NCBI GenBank assembly: GCA_028534125.1
Contig: CM052823.1
Location: 39,680,001-39,744,000, forward strand
DNA from: Lama glama
Taxonomy: Eukaryota
Length of the DNA stretch: 64,000 bases
Direction: 5' to 3'
The translations under genes were made by a program, and so were the position numbers. A model generated the notes under the pieces. It saw only the letters and a list, made by a program, of their open reading frames with translations, did no database searches and was not told the origin of the DNA. Below are positions 51,801 through 64,000 of the stretch, one piece after another. Positions within the stretch are counted from its first letter, which is position 1, and each line of letters begins with the position of its first letter.

Positions 51801-54800
51801 AAATAATTAAACCAAGCTTTAACAGTGATTGCTAATGTATTAAAAATAGTCCAGTTAATGTACTCTCACATTTGGCAAACCTATGAAGATGTTTTTCATA
51901 TTGCCATGCATTGCTTGAATGCTTCTTAAAATAACTCCAAAGGACAAATGTGCCACTAGGATTAGAATTTTACAAAGCTTTTGATTGTAGTAGACTTATA
52001 TTTTAGCACCCCAAATACGCTAACACCGTTTTTCCTCTCAGTTTATGACTAAAACTGACATGACCACTGTAGAACTTTTCCAAAGCAATTTCTGTAAGTG
52101 CCTGAGTAAGAAACAAGCTAAATTTGAAAGAGCTAAATTTCACTGAAAACAACTTTTGTCTCTTGGCATACAATCTGAGTTGAGAAAATCCAAGTTAACA
52201 ATCATATTCAGTATAAAGAATTATAACTTATGAACAGAATAGTCTTTCCCTTGTTACAACTATCATTTAATACATACAATTCTAAAAAGAATAAATTATG
52301 GTTTAATCTCTTGTGGAAAGTGAAAATTTTCAATATCCTGTAAGGCAGTTTAAAATAAAGCTCTTTAATTTCTCATAAAATAATTTCTAAAATAACCTCC
52401 AAGTCTGTTAAGTACCACTCCCCTGGTCCCTCTCCTAATACCACTAAACTATTATAATCACCCAACATAAATCTTATGACTGTTTTTCCTCTCAGAAATA
52501 GAAGACCTCCTCCAGACCACTGGGGTTCCCTGATAAGAACTTAGTGGCCTATGTAGGATGTGGAACTGAAAACAAACTTTCATTACTCAAAGAGATTTGG
52601 GGGTATATGTTTTTGACCAAATTCACCACTACTAATTTGGCATTTTTCACATTCTTAATGAATACAGACCATGAATCATTAAAAAGGATTGATTAAACAG
52701 AAGTGGGGTGATACAGGAAAAAGAATGGATCACAAGGTTGAGCGCCTAGATTAAAATCCTGACTATAGTTTTCTGTATCATCTTGAACATTATCTGTTCG
52801 TTAAGTCTCAGTTTGTTCACATACATATTAAAAAAGTTACCTACCTCTGTTGGGAGGACTAAATGAGATCATCTTTGCAAAGGATTTAGCACAGTGGCAG
52901 GCACATAGTAAACACTCTTTGATATTAGTTAGGTATTAGGTAATCTAAAACTGATAAATTCATGAAATATGCTTTATGTTCCACATTCCTCCACATTTTA
53001 GTCATTCAACCACAGATTTAAGTATCAGTTATTTTTAGAAAATGAAAGAGTTTTTAAAATTATATAGAGTTTCTGTCAAGAATCAAGAATATGAAGCTGA
53101 CCTTAAGCATTACCAGATAATCGTCATGACGCTGAATCTGAAGAAGGTTAGCCAAAGCCATTACACCAGCCTTAAAGTCAGGATTATTTACTGTAAAAGA
53201 TTGAAAATGGAAACTTACAGCTCTGCAAGCGTGTAATTACAGACACATATATAAACATAAACTTAAAAAAAATTGATGAGATCAATGGTCTTTCTTCTAA
53301 TTGACCAAACTGAGTAATCCAATAAATGACTAAATTAACTCACATGAGGTTTATCCTGTAACTTTTCCCACAAGGCCCATTTATCTAGCACTTATAATTA
53401 ACATTTCTTCCCAATGCTATTAATTTTAATACATAAGATTCCCTTCAATGGACAGTTTTCCCAAAACCTTTTCTCTAAGCAGCAGCTCTAGAGTGTCCAA
53501 GCAGCTTATTAATTCTTAAGGGTAACTCATAAATTATAGGTCACACTTAATGAAAGAATATTTAACATATTATAATCTAAGTAATTAGAATCTTAATACT
53601 TTTAAAGGGAGAAAGAATTACTTACAGACATCTGGGATGTAAAATAATGAAAAATTTTACCACTTGTCTCATAGTGTCATTAAATTAGAAAAAATATTTT
53701 CTGCACCCAGGAAGGAAATCACCACCATGACTAAATACAAATCAAAACCCCCAAGTTACTATAAGAAGATCAAAGAATTTTAACATTCAGATATTCAACT
53801 AGAAGAGGAGGGAGAAAGCACATTGTAACTGACAATAAAAAACATCACAGAGCATAAAATACCAATACAAATACTGTCTGCATGAAACATTCTTATTTAC
53901 TAAAACCAGGTAAACCCAGACTTCATTCGAGGAAGTAAAAAAACATTTAAGGAACCAAAAATGGTGGTGATCTTTTTTATACATTTATATACTTACCATC
54001 CAAATTGATTAATGGCTCTGCATTTTTAGCTGCATTGTCAGCATTTTTTGTATTATCAGGTGCCAAGTCCTTATATTTTTCAGCTGTAAAATAGGCAAAA
54101 ATACAATTTGTAGAATTTCAACCTCCAAGGTAAAACAATGTTTATTTACTGAATTCAACTGAGCCAAACTGGTTATAAGCATAAGACAACTCGTCCAATC
54201 AAAATTATGTTTTGCTATAAAAAAAATCTACTTGAAGACAATGACTGTAGCTTTTTGATTAAGCTAAAATGATTACTGGAATATTCAGCATATCTTTTCA
54301 TTATCATTTCTTAAAACATTTCAAATATTTAAGTTTTAGTAGAGAGTCTGCTTTTCAGCTTCCTCTGAAACGTGGTAGGGCTAGAAGATTGGGAGGAGGG
54401 TAAGTATAGATTAGATGAGATTAAAACAAATTCCCTAAAAAGTAAATTTCTTCCCAAATCTTCTTTTGAATGCTGTATACAGAATCCAAAAACCTTGCTT
54501 TCTAAAAAAATCAGCACTTCAAACACAGCATCATATACAAACCTGAACTTATTTTACAGATTTAAAACGCAGAATTCCAAAAGTAGATTTTATTATTTTC
54601 ACTTGAAAAATACTTAATATTTTAAAAGACTTCTACAAATAAAAATGTCTAGTAGTCATTCACTAAACTTAATGCCCAAGATGCCATCTTTGGCTATAGT
54701 GCTTGTATGATTTGCTAATTAAACAAAAAGGAAAATAAAAGCATTCAAATTTAAGTCAGACAGGAGTTAGCTTAAAGGAGCTCCCACTGGCCAAATCTGG

Positions 54801-57800
54801 AACAATGTAAATATCGAAATACAGGATGAAAACAAGGATAAGCTGTTGAGTACAAGAATCCATATATCTATAATGATTTGAATAAACAAACAAATTGGTG
54901 AGAAGGGAAAAGCACTTCCTTAAAGTGGAAAGTCAACAAACAAATGTAGAAGGAATGATGGAATTAGAAAAACACCTTCTGGCCACCGCAGGCAACGTAA
55001 TAATTGACTCAGGCAAGAATCATCAAATGGATGCTATGCTAGGGAGAAGGTTTGAGGAGCAAAACACACAGACATCATCTCTAAGTAGCTCCCCACAAGA
55101 TACAGATTTATTACAAAGGAAAAAATAGTTAACTTTACAGTGAAGAAAGCTTAACCAAGTGATCACAATAGCATGACCAGTATTTGGGCACATCACTAAC
55201 ACAAGCCTCCTGATTCGATGCTCTTAAAAGAATACAGCACCACTTCTGTTATTCTTAACAAAATTGCAAACCCTGAATCTAATCATAAGGAAACACCAGA
55301 TAAACCCAAATGGAGGGACATTCTACAAAATGAATGTCAGTGTCATGAAGCACGAAGACTGAGTAACTATTCCAGATTACAGGAGAACAGAGATAGGACA
55401 ACTGAATGCAACACATGATCCGGGACTGCTTTGGAGATTTTTGTTTTTACTATAAAGAACATTACTGAAACAAGTGGTGAAATGTGGATAACATCTATAG
55501 AAAACAAAGAATCAAAGTTAATTTCCTGATTTTGATAATCGTGTAGTTATGTAAGACAATGACATTTTTTAGCAAATGCAAATTAAAGTACTTAAGGGTA
55601 AAAGAGAATCTACAACTTAGTATCAAATTGTTTAGGAAAAAATTATGGGTATGTGTATATATAGAGAAGAATGGCAAATGAAGTAAAATGTTAATAACTT
55701 TTGCAGAATCTGGGTGTGTAAAAATTCTTTATTATTCTTGCAACCTTTCTGTAAATCTGAAATCATGTCAAAAAAGTTAAAAGAATTTAAGTCAGATTTT
55801 AATCACCTTAATTGATAAGCTAGTAAAAGGCTTTTAAAAATGTTAAGGCACAAGTAATAAAAATTTTAAACGGTTTTATCAAATAAGAATAAAAATTTTA
55901 AGTAACTTGAAAGTCAAGAAAAATGCAACATATTAATGTAAAACTACAAAAGAACAACAGTGCCTCCTACTGATAAGGGGCAGTGTTTCAGATACAAATT
56001 CAAGTCTCTTATCCATTAAAAAAGACCATGCTGTCACTGAGAAATAATTGTGCTCAAGAGTCACAGTCAACTATAGGGATACACATTCATATGGCACCTT
56101 GTGTTCTTGGTACCCAGATAATCTAAGTTGAAATATTATAAAAATGGGACAAGTGGACTAAACAAGGGTAAATAAGGAGAAACTGAGATGTGACTATAAT
56201 TTTATGTGGGAATAGCTGAAAAACACTTGAAAAGTTGGAAAATACTTTGTTGCAAATAACCAACATAGGGTTCCTACCAAATCAGACCAGAATAGATAAG
56301 ATTTTGCCAAAGGCTCTAAAGAAAAAATCTTAGAGCTTTCATTTCCTTAAGATTTCTGCCATAAGGCATCTGAAATTTGTCTGAGGAACCAGCAAAAAAA
56401 TAGCTGATTGATGCTCCACATCAGTGTATATAAACATTCATAAACTACATCTTCCAAATATTTATTAAAGTTGGTAAGTATATCTATTGTACACAAGAAA
56501 CTATGTCAGGTACTGTGGCAGAGAGAATCATGACCTCCCCCCACTCCCCGAAAAGATGCCTGCATTCCCATCCATGGAATGTATGAATATGGTAAAGGGA
56601 CTTTGTGGATGTGCTTAAATCAAAGACCAGGGCAATGGTGGGTAGGGTTTATCCTGGATTATCCAGGTGGGCCCAATGTAATCATAGCATCCTCGTAAGA
56701 GGGAGGCAGGAGGATCAGAGTCGGAGAAGATGTGACAATGAAAGCAGAGTCAGAGAGAGATTAAAAGATGCTATGCTACTAGGTTTGAAGAAAAGGGGGC
56801 CAGAGTCAAGGAATGCAGGCAGCCTCTAGAAGGTGGAAAAGACAAAGAAATGGATCTTCCCCTAGAGCCTCCACAAGGAACCAGCCCTGTCGACAAACTG
56901 ACTTTAGTCCTAAGACAGATGTTGGACTTCTGACCTTTAAAACTGTAAGATAATAAATTACTTTAAGTCATTGTTTTTGCAGTAATTTGTTACAGCAAGA
57001 ATAGAAACAGAGGTACCATGTAGGAAGCAAAGCTGAGTATCAGCTTACAATTTAGTGGAGCAAGTAAGATGTAAGCAGAATGGAAAGTGGTGAATGGCTT
57101 AAAAAGGTATAGAGTTAAAAGCTATTAAAGTTTAGAAGGAAATACCATTGCTGCAAGGGGGCATGTGAGCTGCATCGTACAAGGATGGGCAGGATTTAGA
57201 CATGCAGAGATAGACAGAAACAGCCTAGCTAAGGGGACAGTGCAAGCAAAGAAATATTCGAGGATGAGAGGGGAGAGAGACATGTAAACAGGAAACAGCA
57301 TTATTCTAGTTTTGGCTGGAATGGCAAGTATGTGAATCCTGGTTGGACACCAGTTATCACAGGTTCTGAATACCAGGCACAGGAGCTTGGAGTTCCTTCT
57401 ATAGAAAATGAGAAAGCAATGGTGTTTCCGAATATATAATATAAAATGAGCTATTTTTTTGGAAACAAAGCGTAACATTTAGAAATATTAATGTTTCAAA
57501 ATAGAGTGGTGGGCCATGTGGATGGGAATAAAGGGTGACACTGATGGGAGACTAGAACAAAAGACACTACAATAATCTAAGCAGCAAGCGACAAGAGCCT
57601 GGATTAGGGCGACAGCAGTGGGGCTGGAGAAGAAAAGATACAACAGACATGGGAAAAGATGGATGGGAACAGGATGGGAGGAAAAGGGAGAAGCCAAAGA
57701 TAATAAAATGGCTTAAAAAGCAAATGATTAAAAGGACTGGAACTGACAGTCCCACAAAAGAGAATACAAAATGCAGACAATGGAGGTAAGATAAGATAAT

Positions 57801-60800
57801 CAGATCTTACATTTAGGTGCTGGCAGGCCTTTCAAAATGAAAGGGCCTAATGAGAAAAAAAGTTTATTGGCAAACTATTTTTACTACAGGTACTAATATT
57901 CAAAAGCTTCCAGTAATATGAGTATCCATAATAAAATAACATTAAACATCAATAATAGATTTTGGTCTAAAGTACGTATTTGCCTCAGATGTCTACTTCA
58001 GTCTCTTGTGAAATTACCTGTTGCAACCAACACTGGAAATCCTATCAATTCTGGGACAGTAGCAACAAGTGAACTTGAAAGGCTATGGTGCAGACTGTGA
58101 AAGATGGCAGATTCACCAAAGTAATGTGACTTTGTGAGAAGACATCACTTCCAAATTCTAAAAGAAAAATCTAAATACCAATGAAAAACAGTGCTTTTAA
58201 AACCTTACGATAAGGAGGCTCCAATTCTAGAAAAGAAAATTCTGTCCTAAACAATTTGGGAGTTGGGGGTTGGCAGTTGGATATGGAAGAATGATTACAA
58301 ACAAAAAGTACATTTTTAAATAGACACTGTAAATGGAGACGATGATGTACAAAACTTAAAATAAAACAAAGGTAAAACAGAACACAAACTGGCAAGTTCT
58401 CTACATTTTTACACTCCTCCTTTCCCACATTTCCTCTCCCTCTCTTTAAAACACACATTCCCCAACAAAACATACCGTTATCTCCATATTCAAGTCTAAC
58501 AGCTAAACCAAGAAGCCAGTCAATTGCTTCTTGTCGATCTTGAATCTTGAAAGGACAGTTAACATCTCTGAGATACTGTGAGGAAAAAACCTGGTTTCAT
58601 TATTACTATAAAGTCACAAAATCAAAAATGGTAGAGCTGAAAGAGACTTTAGATCTCTAAGAACTTATTAACATATATATTATCAAGATTTTGATGCAAT
58701 TATATAGGGAAGGAAACATTTAAGTGTACAACTTAAGAAAAAAATGAAGTATATTTCCATCATGCTTTTTGAAATTTTTACTTTTGCAGATTCCAGGTAG
58801 GGCACCTCTGATTTAGAACAACTTTTTCACTTTGTAGATGAGAAAACAGGCCTAGAGGTTAACAGTGCTGACAGTTATACAACTTAAATCCTGGGACCTG
58901 AACCTAAACTTTGATTCTAGGTCTTAAAACAGAGCTACTAAATAAAAGGGAGGATACTAGTAGAAAAACCCCAGTTATTACCTAAAACTCAGCTTTCATA
59001 TTGTGGAAATGCCACTGAATAAAGTAAGCCATTATATGTATAATGTAACCAAGGTTTTGAATAAATGTCAGAAACTGTTTATTCAAATGAATATTGTCCT
59101 TCAAATGAGTCTCTTAGGAGCTTAAAATCTAATTCCACCAACAATACTATCACTCAAAACTTTTGAAACTCACTTTTGGAAATCATTTTGGAGATAATTA
59201 ATCAGCACTTTTTTAGTCATAACTCATTTTCTAACCAAAAATTTTATCCCCCTGCTTAAACAAAAAAAAAAAGAAAAAGAAAAAGCACCTAATTCACAAG
59301 ATTTAGTCATAATGCAAAAAGCAAATCCACCTTCAAAGTATAAAAAACTGTCAACATTAAGGATGTTCAAAAGATGTCTCCCAATCTAAAAGTAATTCCA
59401 AAGGAAGTTCCAAATAAGCTTTAAGCAATGACACCATCATTCCAAAGAGACCATTCTAAAGGGTAGTACCTCTGTAAGTTCCAATATATTTAAGTTATCC
59501 TACTTTACTGTCATTTCAGGGTATTTTTCATCAGAAAAATTTTCATATTCTTCAAATACTTTTCCACATGTGGAACTCTGTATTGTCTTCTACACATGAA
59601 TGGGCCATAAATAAGACGTGATATAAGCAAATATAAAATCCCAACAATGTATTTTAAAGTCTTAAGAAATCTATCAAAGTTTTCAAAAATATTTAAGAGC
59701 AAACAAAAACAACCCAGTAGTAGCAATAATAGTACAAGAGGCAGGAAAATTAACAAATACATAGCACTCAATATGGGCCAGACACCTCTGTGAACAGGTA
59801 CATAGGTATATATCTGTCATTAACAATACATGCCACCGTATGAGATAGGCACCATTATTATCCCCATTTATTGATAACAATATTGAGCCACAGAAAGGTT
59901 TATAAACTTGCCCACGGTCACAGAGCCAGGGTGTAACATACAATCTCCAAATTCATAGTCTCTAAGGAGAAAGGTAGCTAAACACTTTGTTCCAATAAAT
60001 GAAAAATTTAGCCACTTTTCATTTTTTTAAAGGAAAGGATCTTACTCATTAAGTAATAAAGTTGATGAAAATGCTTAATGTAAGTAATACTGTAAAATGT
60101 GACTTATAGTCTAATTTGAAAACAACTCTGTTTTCTCCAAAATGTTACTAAATTCAAGTAAGTCAATGGGAAAGTTATTCCAGACACAAAAATAAGAAAT
60201 ACAGATCTTTTTAGGATTATTTCTGCTGTACACAAGGGACAACTATGAATGTTAAATACAAGCATAAATAAGACACAATCTTAGTTTTCACGCATGTCAA
60301 TAATGTCTCATTTTAATATAATACCATAAGTGTATTTTTGCTACATTTTTAATGTTACTTACAACTTCTGATTTTGGCCATTTTTACCATTTGTAGAATA
60401 TATGTCACTGTTTAAGAAGCCTCACCTTTGTTTCTGGACAAAATTATTTCTATCTAACACTGAATGCTTGATAAGAAGAGATAATATAGTTTGCTTTAAA
60501 AACAAAAAGTATGGTAAGAATAAAGTTAAACCTCTGAAATTCAGCTTTTCTAACACTGATAATTATTACTTGTATTTACTTTAAGAGAACAAAGTAATTT
60601 TAAGCTTGTCTGCCTTCATATAATTTTTACAAAAGCTCTCTGTACTTTTCACTTTACTTTCTAATTCATTACCTTTTCAAAGAACTTGGGCCAGTCACTG
60701 CTGTGAATGTTTCGTAAATTACCTCTGTCTTCAATCTTGTAGTGTCTGATTTTCTGGTCTTCAAGCCAAACGATAAAGTTTCTAAATTCTGTTTCATCTG

Positions 60801-62398
60801 CAATAAAAATATCATATAAATCACTAGAAGCACTAGGTAAAACACTTCCTTCTCTAGAAATAAATGGTCTTGTGGAATTTTTTTAACTCCAAAATTGTAA
60901 GTTACCTGAGCTGCTTGAGATAGGAGTTGAAAGAACAGACTTTGGATTAACAGATTAAAAATGTTGTTCATATCCTGGCCCGAATTCAAATTCTGGCTCC
61001 ATTCAGTGGTTGTGTGAACTTGAGCTGATCGCCTCAATTTTCTGTGCCTCAGATTCTAGAGCTACAGATGAGGGTAACGACGGGACTTACCTCATAGGGT
61101 TGTTAAGAAGATTAAGGGAAATATTTAAGGATAAAAACAGTATCTGGCATATAGTTTTGCTATTTAAGTCAGTTATTAGCCCAGTTCCTTTAGGGAAGAG
61201 GGCGAGAGAGGATGGGGCAAGGTTAAATTTATAGTGATAAATTATAAGAAATTAAAAACAGAGAGAAGATACTAATTTCTATTGTCATTTACTGTTATGG
61301 TACCTTAAATGCATTCATGAAAAAGCGCGTATGTTTCATTTAATCCTCCCCTTTGAGGTAGGTAATGTCCCTATTTTACAAGTGAGAAAACTGAGACTCA
61401 AAGATTCAAATCCAGATCTAAGCTCTACCGTCCCTAAACTTTTCTCGTTAAATAAAAGGCAAAGGAGAACAGCAAGATTCTATAAATTGATAAGCTTCTA
61501 CAGGAGATCAACAAAACTCTGTTATCCTGCTTAGAAATTATTTCCAATTTCAAAATTCAAGCTTGAATTCAAATTCAGGCCTCCTTTATGAAGTCTGAAG
61601 AATTACACAATGGTCTGAACATCCCAGCTTACACTCCATCAACTTTGAAACTTACTAGTCTACCACAGGCCAAGGAACTCTGGAAGAAAATGAGTAGCGA
61701 TGGGGTTTTGTGTTTTGTTTGTTTTACAATTTTAATGCTGTGAAATCCAAAATACCTTTTCACTTACAATTTAACCGCCCCGCTCATCTGCTATTAACTT
61801 TCTTTTGCACGTCCCACACACTGCAATTAGCACATTACTATACACGCTCACCCCAACACTGTCAGACGCGGACTTCATTACATCTTCAGCTCAAACTGCT
61901 GGAAGGGTTCCGACTGCCCCCCACCCCTCAGTTCTTGGCGGGCAGGAAACTAGTCTTCAAGTTACTCAGCACCTTCCTCGTTATCCCAGCACCGCTCAAG
62001 CCCACAGGTGTTCAAGGTATCGCCCAATTACCCGGGAACCACGACGCTAATTTAGAAAGCGTAAGATTTTCCCTCTAGGGAGCTAAGGGTGCTGGCGGGA
62101 GTTGGAGGTGGCCTCTGGAGTTTACTAAGGCAGAAAGTGACGATGCCGAGGCAAGAGCGGGTGATGGGACTCCGAAGCCAGGGAGGGAAGGAGAAAGGCC
62201 GCTGGGCGGCCGGGAGGAGAGGAGCCCGGGGGAGACAAGGCCGCGTACGGTCCGGGTGGGGAGCCCGGGTGCCGGCAATAAAGAGCGGAGGCCCGAGGAG
62301 CCAGTGACGCGCGGTCAGCCCAGAGCCGGCGCCTCACCTTTGCAGTTGAAGCCGGCAGGGTTGTGGTAGTCGAGGGCCGTCAGCTTGCGTCGGAACAT
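48674..62398 (-). CDS. RTRAF: RNA transcription, translation and transport factor (C14orf166/hCLE/CGI-99; tRNA-ligase complex subunit), complete: 8 exons, 735 nt, 244 aa
   Basis: Exons of 61+125+100+87+89+69+49+155 nt join in frame: MFRRKLTALDYHNPAGFNCKDETEFRNFIVWLEDQKIRHYKIEDRG...DPKTDHRLGKVGR*; all GT-AG. Confidence 0.98.
48923..48971 (-). CDS. RTRAF: RTRAF exon 7
   Basis: cccctcaag|GGT TTG; GGA G|gtaagt; 49 nt; GLPVALDKHILGFDTG. Confidence 0.96.
51049..51117 (-). CDS. RTRAF: RTRAF exon 6
   Basis: ttcttag|GCA ATT CGC; AAA GAG|gtatgt; 69 nt; AIRILVQERLTQDAVAKANQTKE. Confidence 0.97.
52740..52920 (+). mobile_element. MIR remnant
   Basis: tctcagtttgttcac...ttgggaggactaaatgagatcatctttgcaaaggatttagcacagtggcaggcacatagtaaacactc. 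Confidence 0.65.
53102..53190 (-). CDS. RTRAF: RTRAF exon 5
   Basis: tttacag|TA AAT AAT; CTT AAG|gtcagc; 89 nt; VNNPDFKAGVMALANLLQIQRHDDYLVMLK. Confidence 0.97.
53997..54083 (-). CDS. RTRAF: RTRAF exon 4
   Basis: ttacag|CT GAA AAA; GAT G|gtaagt; 87 nt; AEKYKDLAPDNTKNADNAAKNAEPLINLD. Confidence 0.96.
54870..55780 (+). mobile_element. L1MC-type 3' region
   Basis: ctgaatctaatcataaggaaacaccagataaacccaaatggagggacattctacaaaa...gacaactgaatgcaacacatgatcc. Confidence 0.7.
56514..57012 (+). mobile_element. MLT1D-like MaLR solo LTR inserted in an L2
   Basis: tgtggcagagagaatc...ctggattatccaggtgggcccaatgtaatca...ttcccctagagcctcc...gtaatttgttacagcaagaatagaaac. Confidence 0.85.
57020..57800 (-). mobile_element. 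L2 remnant
   Basis: gcttacaatttagtggag...caggcacaggagcttggagttccttctatagaaaatgagaaagcaatgg. Confidence 0.6.
58476..58575 (-). CDS. RTRAF: RTRAF exon 3
   Basis: cacag|TAT CTC AGA; AAC G|gtatgt; 100 nt; YLRDVNCPFKIQDRQEAIDWLLGLAVRLEYGDN. Confidence 0.97.
59050..59480. mobile_element. Mariner-type (MARNA-like) DNA transposon relic
   Basis: cattaaggatgttcaaaagatg...aattccaaaggaagttccaaa...tttaagcaatgacaccatcatt resembles the recalled mariner transposase C-terminal region. Confidence 0.6.
60673..60797 (-). CDS. RTRAF: RTRAF exon 2
   Basis: ttgcag|AT GAA ACA; GAA AAG|gtaatg; 125 nt; DETEFRNFIVWLEDQKIRHYKIEDRGNLRNIHSSDWPKFFEK. Confidence 0.97.
60960..61160 (+). mobile_element. MIR remnant in RTRAF intron 1
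   Basis: ttcaaattctggctcc...gtgtgaacttgagc...tctgtgcctcag...cttacctcatagggttgttaagaagattaa. Confidence 0.7.
62338..62398 (-). CDS. RTRAF: RTRAF exon 1 coding part
   Basis: gggaccATG TTC CGA CGC...TGC AAA G|gtgagg; MFRRKLTALDYHNPAGFNCK. Confidence 0.97.
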
Positions 62399-62535
62399 GG
62401 TCCCGGCAGCTTGCTCCGGTCCCCCGGGCTTCGGCCGGGAGAGGAGAGGCAAGGAGGAGCGGGCAGCGCAAGCACCGGCGACGCGGCGAGAGGGCGGTCG
62501 GGCGTCGGGGCGCTCCGAAATGACGGCAGCCTTAG

Positions 62536-62571
62536 CCAATCGTGGCTTAGGAACAGCTGATGCCCACCAAT
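62536..62571. promoter_or_regulatory. Two CCAAT boxes (NF-Y-like), starts 31 bp apart
   Basis: agCCAATcg at 62536-62540 and caCCAATcg at 62567-62571. Confidence 0.6.
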
Positions 62572-62585
62572 CGCGGCTGGGGCCG

Positions 62586-62594
62586 GGGGCGGGG
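62586..62594. promoter_or_regulatory. GC box (Sp/KLF)
   Basis: GGGGCGGGG in the RTRAF upstream region. Confidence 0.55.
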
Positions 62595-62809
62595 CCACGT
62601 CTGGGCACGTCGACGCTCAAATAAACTTTATTGTCAGCTTCCTATTTGTACAATAGACAGAAAGCAACCGAGAGTCAGTTACCGCTTGCTTACCTCGCCG
62701 TCTTGATACAACCTACAGAGAAAAGAATACTTAGAATTTCTACCATCGGCCATACGTCTTATTGGATCATACAAACTGTTTAGTATTTTCATTGTATTAA
62801 TTCATTCAT

Positions 62810-63700
62810 TTAGTTGTTATATGCCTCCTACAAAATAGGTACTTTTCTAACACCACTAATACAAAGACTTTTAGCAAGGTTCCTTTCCGACTAGTTGGGA
62901 GTGATTCACAGGTAAACATACAACGGTAATACTAGTGATAGCTCTAGACATCACCAGCAACCACGGAATCTTGAAGCCGGAAACCTGGAATTATCCTTTA
63001 CTCCCTGTCACCGTAGCTGCAACACCCAGTACATCGATTCCTGCTATTCTGTCTCTCATGTCTCTCTCAAATCCCTCATCTCCTCCCATACCCACTGATG
63101 CTACTCTCAAAGCAGGCCGTCATTATTTTTGCTTACTGTAATTATCTGATTTCTTAGGGCCAGTCTTGCCTTCTCTAATCCCTTCCTGTAGAAAACAATG
63201 ATAGTGATTTTATAAAACAAACCTGTCCATAAGTGTTAAATGCTTAGTACCTTTTGTGGGTCCCCGTTGCCTTCTAGAAATAATCAGAACTTCTTATCAT
63301 ATTTAAGACCCTTCCTGCTCCAGTCGCAATCTGCTTTCAGGCACTGGAGAGAGAGCAGTGAGCAAGGCAGATCAGGCCCCTACTTTCATGAAGTTTAAAA
63401 GGCCGTTTAGGGGACACAAGCAATAAGCAGACAAGTATGAGCTATGGCTTGAAGATGGTGAGGAGTTCACCATGCAGTCAAAAGGGTCACATGTTTTGAA
63501 GGAAGAGAAGGGACAAAGGCAAGAAGTGAGCAGCAGCATGGCCCAGAGGATCTAGAACTTACGGGAGCTGAAGGATAGGAGAGAGTGACAGCTGATGAGA
63601 CTTGGACAGACGCAGGGACCTGATCAAGAAACACCTTTCAGGCTGTGCTAAGGGGAGCTATTGACATTCTTGGGAGTAGCCAACTATGTTTTATTTCACT
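62810..63700. mobile_element. L2 fragments in both orientations upstream of RTRAF
   Basis: ttcattcatttagttg...; gaaacctggaattatcctt...cttctagaaataatcagaacttctta; agcagtgagcaaggcagatcaggcccctactttcatg. Confidence 0.55.
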
Positions 63701-64000
63701 TTAGCATATTATAATTAAATACTATGTTAACGTTTGTGGGGCAAAAAGATGAGTAAGATATTTTCAGGAAGTTCAGGTTTAATAGTAAAAATAAACATCT
63801 AAATAAATGCTTATAATCTAGAGTTAGCGATACATTATAAGAAGTATAAAGTGTGCTGTCAGGTCAGAATATAGCTTTCAGGAGGCACTGTGAGACAATC
63901 TCTATGTTCCAAATAAGAAGCTTACTGAGATAATTAGGAAAGTCAGCTCCAAAAGTGTTTTGCCTCAAACAAAATTTGATCAAGGCTACAGCTATAATCA

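Larger units (their letters stand above)
62050..62620 (-). promoter_or_regulatory. CpG island / RTRAF promoter and 5'UTR
   Basis: Abrupt GC- and CpG-rich block in AT-rich surroundings, spanning exon 1; contains CCAAT x2 and a GC box. Confidence 0.9.

Noticed and set aside
62075-62624. Multiple overlapping ORFs on both strands in the CpG island
   Set aside because: GC-rich sequence lacks stops; only the - strand frame beginning MFRRKLTALD with a GT donor matches a known protein.

Overview
Mammalian genomic DNA. Three tRNA-derived Vic-1-like SINEs point to a camelid; this is an inference. The window holds two convergent, tail-to-tail genes. (1) NID2 (nidogen-2) is on the + strand. The window starts inside the intron before human-equivalent exon 4 and contains the remaining 18 coding exons (2284-47697). 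These encode the link region, EGF, G2 beta-barrel, EGF rod, two thyroglobulin type-1 repeats and the YWTD G3 propeller. All introns are GT-AG and the phases join into one open frame of 3400 nt. (2) RTRAF (C14orf166/hCLE) is complete on the - strand: 8 exons, 735 nt, 244 aa, with a CpG-island promoter near 62.05-62.62 kb. Introns carry L1, L2, MIR, MER5A, MER2, MLT1 and mariner relics. Repeat family names and human/mouse comparisons come from recall, not database searches. The most notable observations are: a decayed ~2.1-kb tandem duplication in NID2 that left a pseudo-exon copy of EGF exon 11, a possible poison exon; a 75-nt in-frame coding segment that corresponds to an intron in human NID2; a four-layer nested L1/SINE stack containing a TSD-flanked L1 made only of 5'UTR+ORF1; an L1 3' end carrying 232 nt of foreign DNA inside one TSD pair; an overlapping two-strand poly(A) signal between the genes; and a terminal NID2 intron whose retention barely changes the protein. 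No prokaryote-type system (CRISPR, operon etc.) is present.
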